This document shows positions 26,719-33,198 of a stretch of DNA of 33,198 bases, piece after piece (positions within the stretch are counted from its first letter, which is position 1; each line of letters opens with the position of its first letter). This DNA comes from a virus: IMG/VR virus record IMGVR_UViG_3300022539_000562; one strand, given 5' to 3'. The notes under the pieces were generated by a model, which had not been told where the DNA came from, made no database searches, and was given only the letters and a program-made list of their open reading frames with translations. Both the position numbers and the translations under genes were made by a program.

Positions 26719-28953
26719 GTGGTGATGGCAAAAATTAAAAATTTAGAGATTCCTAAATTGCGACACTTTGTTGGCAACAAGACTTATGACAAGATTATTA
26801 AGTTTGCCAATGAAATAACTCTCCCTGCTCTTCAAAAAAAAGATGTTTTTACTCTTCCAGGAATAACTAGCAGAGCTAGATACATTACACCTGACCCACT
26901 CAAGTACATTCGTACTTATAGTCCAGACAGTATATCTTATAGTACATATGAAAAAATGACAGAAGACTACCAAATTCATGCAGGTCTTTGTATTATCAAA
27001 CTTCCTATTGGTCAGATAACTTGGGACATAAAATGTAAAGACAAAGAAGTTCGTTTATTTGTAAAACAAGAAATCAATAAATTATTACGTGGCTTAGTTA
27101 AAAATATGCTCACAGCAATAGAGTATGGTTTTGCACCACACGAGAAAGTTTGGGAAGTAATTGCTGAATATAATCTTCAGGATGATAAGACAGATAAAAT
27201 TACAACCAAAAAGAATATGGTTATTCTTAAAAAGATTAAATTAGTTAAACCAGATAGTATAACTATAAACAGAGACCAACATCAAGATTACGCAGGACTT
27301 ACACAAGAAGGAGTAGGTACTATCCCAACAGAGAAAACTCTACTCTTCTCGCATGATGTCCAATATGGTAATCTTTATGGAAGACCTCGTATTCGTGGAA
27401 GCTATCAGCCATGGTATTGGAGTCATCTCATAATTGCTTTTTGTAATCGTTTTCATGAAAGATTTTCACAACCACTTATGTTAGGAAGAGCACCTGTAGG
27501 AACAAGTCAGACAGGTGTAGACAAAGATGGAAAACCTATAATGGAATCTAATATACAACTAATGCAGAATGTACTAGAAAGTGCTCAAGAAAGAACTAGT
27601 ATAACTATACCGAGTAGTAGAAAAGAAGAAGCAGGATATGATTTAGAAATGCTTACTAGTGATACAAAGGGACAACAATTCTTGAATTATCTTCGACTTT
27701 TAGATGCTTGGAAACTCAGAGGTATGTTCATACCAGAAACAGTACTAACTCAACCATATGAGAGTGGGGGAAGTTATGGTCTTGCACGTACACATACTAG
27801 TACTTTCATGAAAGGAGAAGAAGACTTAGTAATTAGTATAATAGATTGTATAAATAAACAACTCATACCTCAGTTAGTTGCTTATAACTATGGAAAGAAA
27901 GCACCTAAAGCTACTATGACTTTTTTAGCATTTTCAGATGAACTAAGAAAGTTTCTTCAAAAAGTTTATAATAACATGATTCTCAAAGGAACAGCAATAG
28001 CAGGAGCTGACGAACTAGCAAGTGAACTCGGTATACCTATAAGTACAAAAAAAGCAATAGTACCACAAGAACTACCAGTTCCAGACGTTCCAAAAGGGCG
28101 AGGAGGAGGAAAACCAGAAGAGGTAGTTCCAAAAGCAAAGAAAGAAAAAGAAGAATTAAAAGGACATTATTACAATAATAAAGAATTAAAGGATTATGAA
28201 TTAGTAGTTAATTTTGCAGAAATAGACAATTGGACAGATAAAGCAAAACAAAAATTTATAAATATAACCAAAAGTTTTAGAAAAAAATATGCAAATGCTA
28301 TTTTGAAAGACCTTCAAAATGTTTATACAAAAAAACCTAAAACAATAAAAAATTTCTTTAAAAAATATAAGACACCATATCTTGAAGAATATCAAGTAGC
28401 ACTAGAAAAAATACTCAGAGACCTTTTCAAAAAAGGACGCAAGAGTGTTCGGCAAGAATTAGAAAAACGAATAGAACAAAAAGAATTGCAAGATGATACT
28501 CCACCTGATGAATTAATAGAAGATGAAAGAGTTGCAATGGAAGAACTTGAAGCATCAGCAGTAATAATTGCAATGTTAGATAATGATATACTTAATAGAA
28601 AATTATTCTGGGATATTTGGCAATATAGATTAAAGGGACTTGCTTTTGTTGCTATTATTACTATACTACGTCAAAGAATTTTAGATGAAATTAATAAATC
28701 TTTAATTAGAATGATAGGATATGCTGTACAACAAGCATTTATTTTTGGTAGAACTTTTCAAGCAAAGTTTGATGAAGATTTTTTAACAATAGCATACTAT
28801 ACAGCAATACTAGATAAAAGTACTTGTAGTTCTTGTGAAGGATTAGATGGACAGGAATTTGTAGTAGGTTCAAGTGAATATTTTGCAAATATGCCACCCC
28901 ATATGGATTGTGAAGGTGGAACAAGATGTCGTTGTATGTATATCTATAAATAA
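26719..28953 (+). CDS. Mu gp29/DUF935-type portal protein fused to a C-terminal MuF (gp30-like) domain
   Basis: YEKM..D..I...L...KLPI, LTAIEYGFAPHEKVW, NLYG, ERFSQP, GGSYGL, INKQLIP.L...N portal pattern; C-terminal YTAILDKSTCSSC..LDG...PPH..C....CRC; ATG at 26725 may be the true start. Confidence 0.88.
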   Translation: MVMAKIKNLEIPKLRHFVGNKTYDKIIKFANEITLPALQKKDVFTLPGITSRARYITPDPLKYIRTYSPDSISYSTYEKMTEDYQIHAGLCIIKLPIGQITWDIKCKDKEVRLFVKQEINKLLRGLVKNMLTAIEYGFAPHEKVWEVIAEYNLQDDKTDKITTKKNMVILKKIKLVKPDSITINRDQHQDYAGLTQEGVGTIPTEKTLLFSHDVQYGNLYGRPRIRGSYQPWYWSHLIIAFCNRFHERFSQPLMLGRAPVGTSQTGVDKDGKPIMESNIQLMQNVLESAQERTSITIPSSRKEEAGYDLEMLTSDTKGQQFLNYLRLLDAWKLRGMFIPETVLTQPYESGGSYGLARTHTSTFMKGEEDLVISIIDCINKQLIPQLVAYNYGKKAPKATMTFLAFSDELRKFLQKVYNNMILKGTAIAGADELASELGIPISTKKAIVPQELPVPDVPKGRGGGKPEEVVPKAKKEKEELKGHYYNNKELKDYELVVNFAEIDNWTDKAKQKFINITKSFRKKYANAILKDLQNVYTKKPKTIKNFFKKYKTPYLEEYQVALEKILRDLFKKGRKSVRQELEKRIEQKELQDDTPPDELIEDERVAMEELEASAVIIAMLDNDILNRKLFWDIWQYRLKGLAFVAIITILRQRILDEINKSLIRMIGYAVQQAFIFGRTFQAKFDEDFLTIAYYTAILDKSTCSSCEGLDGQEFVVGSSEYFANMPPHMDCEGGTRCRCMYIYK

Positions 28954-28967
28954 ATAGGAGTTTATGA

Positions 28968-31445
28968 ATGGTTGAAAATTTAAAACAGAAAACTAATTTG
29001 GAATTAAGAACTAAACATCAGCAAATACATAATTTGTATAAACAAAAAGGGGAACAATCTTTTATAAAAACTCATACTTTAATAATAGTAGAAATGGGAA
29101 AAAGAAAAATTAAACATTATGTAGTTTCTGAATTAGATAGACAAACTAATCTATTAAGAAAAAAAGCAACAAGTACAAATATTATAGAAGAAACCTTAAA
29201 AAATAAAAAATTACAATTAGTAAAAGGTGCTTTACTTAAATTTATTCAAGGTAAAAAAATTTTACTTGTGGATTATGAATCATCTTTATATGATACTTTA
29301 CATAAATCAGGATACAATACATATGCTATTGCTTTAGAAAAAGAAGCAATTTCACCTAAAGTAATATTAGCAAGTAATTTGTATAAAATACCTTTTAATG
29401 ATAATAATTTTGATACTGTAATATGTTATAAAAAAATTAAAAATGAACTCGAAGACAAATTAATAGCAAAAGAATTAATTAGAATATCCTCAAATCAAGT
29501 AATCTTTTTACTAGATTTAGATGAAGGTTATTTTGATAGCACAGAAATATTAAAACAATGGTTAAATACAATAATTACTATACCACATAGTTTAGAATCA
29601 ATAGGAGAAAATCAAATTGCTGTTCTTGCTTCAAAACAATTAACTACTATAAAAAATGAATTAATTAATAATTTAGAAAGTTATATTGTTGTTCCAGATT
29701 TTATTCATTTAGTAGGTAGTGCTGTTGATACACCAAATCCTGACAAGATAGATATTCTTTTTAGACAAGATTATAGAAATCCAACTTTAGAATTTCAATT
29801 TAAGAGGTTATTCCCTAAAGAGATAAGGAAAAAATTCCGTTTTATTTATAATCCAGCAGGTGCTGATTCTGGCAATTATATTCCTTTATGTCATCTCGCA
29901 GTTATTAAAAAAAGAAATTATAAAAAAATGCATATAAAACCTGAATCACCTAAATTATTAGTAGGTAAATGGTTTAAACCTTTGAAATCAAAAGGTGGTA
30001 TAAATAAACTAGAATTTTTTGAATTAGAAAATCTTTGGATAAATTGGGCAGAAAGTTTAATTGATAAAGGAATTGCTGTAGAACCTAAATATTATGGATG
30101 TAGAATTCAATTACATAAAAAGGGGAAAAATATTGGTCTTTTTATAGAAAATGATAAACAAAACCTTTTATATAAATTACCCAATATTCAAGAAGAAATT
30201 CTATCGTTTAAAGAAAAAGATTTTATATTAGATGGCAAATTAGTAATTTATAAATCCGAAGAATTGCCAATGAATAAAAATGAAATTATTAATTATTTAT
30301 CACAACAAGCAATAGATGATACAAAAATTAAATTATTTCTTTTTGATTGTTTGAATCACAATGGTGAATATCTAAATAACAAACAATGGGCACAAAGACA
30401 AAGTTATTTAAGTAAAATTTTTATAAAAGATTTTAAATACTTAGAAAAAGTTGCATCAATAATTGTTAGAAGAAAAAGTGATTTATTTGATGCAATTAAT
30501 CAAGTAAAAGAAATAATGAATAGTGAAGGTGCTATTCTTAAATTATTAGACAGTACCTATCCAACAATTGGAAAAACAGATAATTGGGCAGAATTTTCAG
30601 AAATCCATGAAATTAATGTAAAAATTAAAGACATACATAGAATTAAAAAAGATTTATATAATTATTCAATACAGATACTTGGAGAAAGAGGTCAATCAAT
30701 AGATTGTGGTACAACTATGAATTCTTCTATTAGATGTAAAGAAGGGGATATAATTTCAATTGCTGTATTTAAAATTGAAGAAGATAAAGATAAATTTAAT
30801 TTCTTATATCCTGTAATTAGAAAAAAATTATTGAGTAGAACTATTCCTGATACTACTACTCTAGCACGAAGAATTGTTAAAAGAACAATAAATAGAACAG
30901 AAAAAGATGTAAATTATTTTTTATACAAATTAACATACAAATTAGGCACTATTACAATGGAATCAGGAATGAAAGGAAGATATGTTATTCAAACTCATCA
31001 AAAAAGAAAGTTTGTTTATTGTGATTTGAGAATGTTAGTAACATCTCCAAAAGAAAGAACTTATTTAGAAGGACTTACTCTTGATACTCCTGGTAGTGTT
31101 GAAAAAAGAAATAAATTTACTAATCCTAAATTTGATGAAAAGATAGTATGTCAAATTAAAGCAAAGCAATTAAAAGCGTGGATGAGAATAGAAGGTAATT
31201 ACCCAGCAGGAAGTATAGGTGCAACTCGCTATAAATCAGGAATTATTAGAATAATTAATAAGGGTAGTTTTATTTGTGGAGTACAAGATGAACATTACAA
31301 AGAATTTTGGTTTGAAACAAGTGATAAAAAAATAAAAGGTAGATGGATACTACAATACGTACCTATTTCTGAAGGTTGGTCAAAAGTTAAAGGAAAAAGA
31401 ATTTGGATATTAAGCAAGCCAAAAAAACAAAGTATGGAAACATAA
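28968..31445 (+). CDS. multidomain protein: methyltransferase-like + nucleotidyltransferase-like + ATP-dependent DNA ligase-like + LigD phosphoesterase-like, degenerate motifs
   Basis: IPFNDNNFDTV...KELIRI; LVGS...KIDIL; EPKYYGCR, ILDGK, LFDCL, EGAILK; YVIQTH...CDLR...IEG..PAG..GA...KG...KGRWIL...WIL.K. Confidence 0.8.
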   Translation: MVENLKQKTNLELRTKHQQIHNLYKQKGEQSFIKTHTLIIVEMGKRKIKHYVVSELDRQTNLLRKKATSTNIIEETLKNKKLQLVKGALLKFIQGKKILLVDYESSLYDTLHKSGYNTYAIALEKEAISPKVILASNLYKIPFNDNNFDTVICYKKIKNELEDKLIAKELIRISSNQVIFLLDLDEGYFDSTEILKQWLNTIITIPHSLESIGENQIAVLASKQLTTIKNELINNLESYIVVPDFIHLVGSAVDTPNPDKIDILFRQDYRNPTLEFQFKRLFPKEIRKKFRFIYNPAGADSGNYIPLCHLAVIKKRNYKKMHIKPESPKLLVGKWFKPLKSKGGINKLEFFELENLWINWAESLIDKGIAVEPKYYGCRIQLHKKGKNIGLFIENDKQNLLYKLPNIQEEILSFKEKDFILDGKLVIYKSEELPMNKNEIINYLSQQAIDDTKIKLFLFDCLNHNGEYLNNKQWAQRQSYLSKIFIKDFKYLEKVASIIVRRKSDLFDAINQVKEIMNSEGAILKLLDSTYPTIGKTDNWAEFSEIHEINVKIKDIHRIKKDLYNYSIQILGERGQSIDCGTTMNSSIRCKEGDIISIAVFKIEEDKDKFNFLYPVIRKKLLSRTIPDTTTLARRIVKRTINRTEKDVNYFLYKLTYKLGTITMESGMKGRYVIQTHQKRKFVYCDLRMLVTSPKERTYLEGLTLDTPGSVEKRNKFTNPKFDEKIVCQIKAKQLKAWMRIEGNYPAGSIGATRYKSGIIRIINKGSFICGVQDEHYKEFWFETSDKKIKGRWILQYVPISEGWSKVKGKRIWILSKPKKQSMET

Positions 31446-31513
31446 TTATAAAAAAAGCGACGACGACGGCGTTTTTAAACATTTTAAAATACTAACAAAG
31501 GAGGAAAATATAA

Positions 31514-33198
31514 ATGTCATATGATTATTTACAAGAAGATTTCGAATTTGATAATTCTATGAATTCAAATGTCAATGCAATTATTGCATTTAAAGAAACT
31601 CCTTTATATCATTTTTATACTAAAAAATATGAGAAAGGACAATACAAACCATTTGCAATTGAACTTACTGAAGCAAATATGTATGCTCCTATAATGTTAT
31701 TTCCTTATGGAACTTTTAATCATCCTATTTATGGCAAATTGAAATTTAATGATAAATTTTTCACAGAAATAATGGAAAATTTTAGCAATAAAGTACGAAA
31801 AATTCAACCATTTATAGATGAACAACACAATGAAGGAAAAGCATTAGGATGGATAACTTATCTCTACTTAGATGAAAAAGGTATGTGGGCAGATATAGAT
31901 TGGAATGAAGATGGTGTTAATTTAATTAAGAAAGGTAGTTATAAATACATTTCTCCATGGTTCGGAGATTATGTAGATGAAGAATCAGGACAAGAGTACT
32001 CTAATGTACTCTATGGTGCTGCTCTTACTAACAGACCATTCTTGAAAGTAATGCCACCAATACAACTCTCAGAAGATGGTAAGGAACAAGAAAAATGTAA
32101 GATTTTGTATTTTGATGATTTAGAATCACAAGTAAGTGAAAAAATAAATATGAATGAAATTAGATTATTAATAGAATCTTTTAATACTACAAAAGATAAA
32201 GAAATCAAAAATGCACTTAAAATAAAAATTTTAGATTATTTAAACTTCGCCAAGGGAGGTGAAACACAAAAAATGAATACAAAAGAAAAGAAAACTCAAG
32301 TAGAAACAATAGGAAAAACTGACAAAATCATTACTGATGAAGAAAGAGAAGAAACTAGAAAAAGAACTACTGAAGAGGAAAGGGAAGAAACTAGAAAAAG
32401 AGTTGCTGATGGAGAAGTAATAGATGTTAAGAGAAAAGTTATAGAAGAAGAGATATACGAAATCAAAAGAAAAATTACTGAAGAAAGATTAGATGAAAAA
32501 TCATATACAGAACTATATGAAAAATTGAAAGAACTAGATGAAAAGAAATTTCCAGTACCAAAAGGTGTAGATGAAGACAAGGTTAAAAAATGTATTAAAA
32601 AAATAAAAGGAACAAATCCAAGAACTAAAAAACCTTACACAGATTCTGCAAAATGGGCAATCTGTGTGGCAGCACAACAAAAAGCAAAAGCAGAAGAAAC
32701 AGAAAAGGTAGAAGAAAAGATAGAAAAACCTAAGAAAGAAGTAGTAGTAGAAGAAGTAAAAATTGAAAAAACAATTGATATTGAAAAAGTAGCTAAAGAA
32801 TTAGCTAAAAATGTTAAAGAAACAAAAGAAGAAATTATTGAAGTAGAAAAAGTAGAAGTCGTAGCAGGTAAAACAGAAACTGATACTATTATAACTGAAA
32901 AAGTTGTAGAGGAAAAAGAAGTAATAGAAGAAGTAGTAGAAGAAAAATTGGAAGAAGAGGTAGACGAAAAGGATAAACTTCTACAAGCAAAAGATAGAGA
33001 AATCAGAGAATTAAAAGTTGAAAAAATACTAAATAAAAAATTAGTAGATAATAAAGTTCTTTCTGAAGTTGCTAAAAAAATAATAAAAGAAATCCTATTA
33101 GCAGAAAATACTAAAGAAATTAAATTAGAAGAAGGAGAACCTGTAGATTTACTTATTGCTTTTGATAAATTATTAGATGAAATACTAGTAATTGATGT
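31514..33198 (+). CDS. Mu gpI-type prohead protease/scaffold, truncated by window end (not in ORF track)
   Basis: GGAGG SD; manual translation gives IDEQH, ALGWI, DWNEDG, YKYISP, GAALTNRPF, then an E/K-rich tail. Confidence 0.9.
   Translation, partial: MSYDYLQEDFEFDNSMNSNVNAIIAFKETPLYHFYTKKYEKGQYKPFAIELTEANMYAPIMLFPYGTFNHPIYGKLKFNDKFFTEIMENFSNKVRKIQPFIDEQHNEGKALGWITYLYLDEKGMWADIDWNEDGVNLIKKGSYKYISPWFGDYVDEESGQEYSNVLYGAALTNRPFLKVMPPIQLSEDGKEQEKCKILYFDDLESQVSEKINMNEIRLLIESFNTTKDKEIKNALKIKILDYLNFAKGGETQKMNTKEKKTQVETIGKTDKIITDEEREETRKRTTEEEREETRKRVADGEVIDVKRKVIEEEIYEIKRKITEERLDEKSYTELYEKLKELDEKKFPVPKGVDEDKVKKCIKKIKGTNPRTKKPYTDSAKWAICVAAQQKAKAEETEKVEEKIEKPKKEVVVEEVKIEKTIDIEKVAKELAKNVKETKEEIIEVEKVEVVAGKTETDTIITEKVVEEKEVIEEVVEEKLEEEVDEKDKLLQAKDREIRELKVEKILNKKLVDNKVLSEVAKKIIKEILLAENTKEIKLEEGEPVDLLIAFDKLLDEILVID
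32273..33198 (+). CDS. nested in-frame scaffolding protein (Mu gpZ-like), partial
   Basis: GGAGGTGA at 32255..32262 precedes an in-frame ATG at 32273 where the E/K-rich region begins. Confidence 0.7.
   Translation, partial: MNTKEKKTQVETIGKTDKIITDEEREETRKRTTEEEREETRKRVADGEVIDVKRKVIEEEIYEIKRKITEERLDEKSYTELYEKLKELDEKKFPVPKGVDEDKVKKCIKKIKGTNPRTKKPYTDSAKWAICVAAQQKAKAEETEKVEEKIEKPKKEVVVEEVKIEKTIDIEKVAKELAKNVKETKEEIIEVEKVEVVAGKTETDTIITEKVVEEKEVIEEVVEEKLEEEVDEKDKLLQAKDREIRELKVEKILNKKLVDNKVLSEVAKKIIKEILLAENTKEIKLEEGEPVDLLIAFDKLLDEILVID

Noticed and set aside
31450-31478. AAAAAGCGACGACGACGGCGTTTTT as a terminator
   Set aside because: GC island with a (CGA)n run but a weak, mismatched stem; cannot support a call
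26743-32580. Minus-strand ORFs within the head module
   Set aside because: Antisense to well-supported long genes
1-33198. Stop-codon reassignment, tRNA genes, or a diversity-generating retroelement behind the paralog arrays
   Set aside because: Long genes are intact in the standard code and short genes have their own SD; no cloverleaf noticed; no reverse transcriptase or adenine-specific TR/VR pair seen

Overview
Very AT-rich segment of a tailed bacteriophage (Caudoviricetes) with a bacterial host, judged from sigma70/sigmaA-type promoters, GGAG Shine-Dalgarno sites, a bacterial-type beta clamp and an RlpA-like protein. It has three parts. (1) 1-25078 is a dense minus-strand block of mostly small ORFs. 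It includes a MoxR/CbbQ AAA+ ATPase-VWA pair, a DnaN-like clamp, an RlpA-like protein, two stand-alone HExxH proteins, tandem paralog arrays and several tiny zinc-ribbon genes. Seven related promoters drive it, and ten exact co-oriented intergenic copies of AAACTGTAAAC punctuate it. (2) About 25080-26700 is a non-coding strand-switch region with about 14 TACCTG(T/A)T-type repeats in both orientations (origin or packaging-site candidate). (3) 26719 to the end is a plus-strand Mu-like head module: a portal-MuF fusion; an 825-aa protein with methyltransferase-like, nucleotidyltransferase-like, ATP-dependent ligase and LigD phosphoesterase-like domains, all with substituted catalytic motifs; and a Mu gpI-type protease with a nested scaffold start. 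All calls come from motif recognition by eye; no database searches were run.
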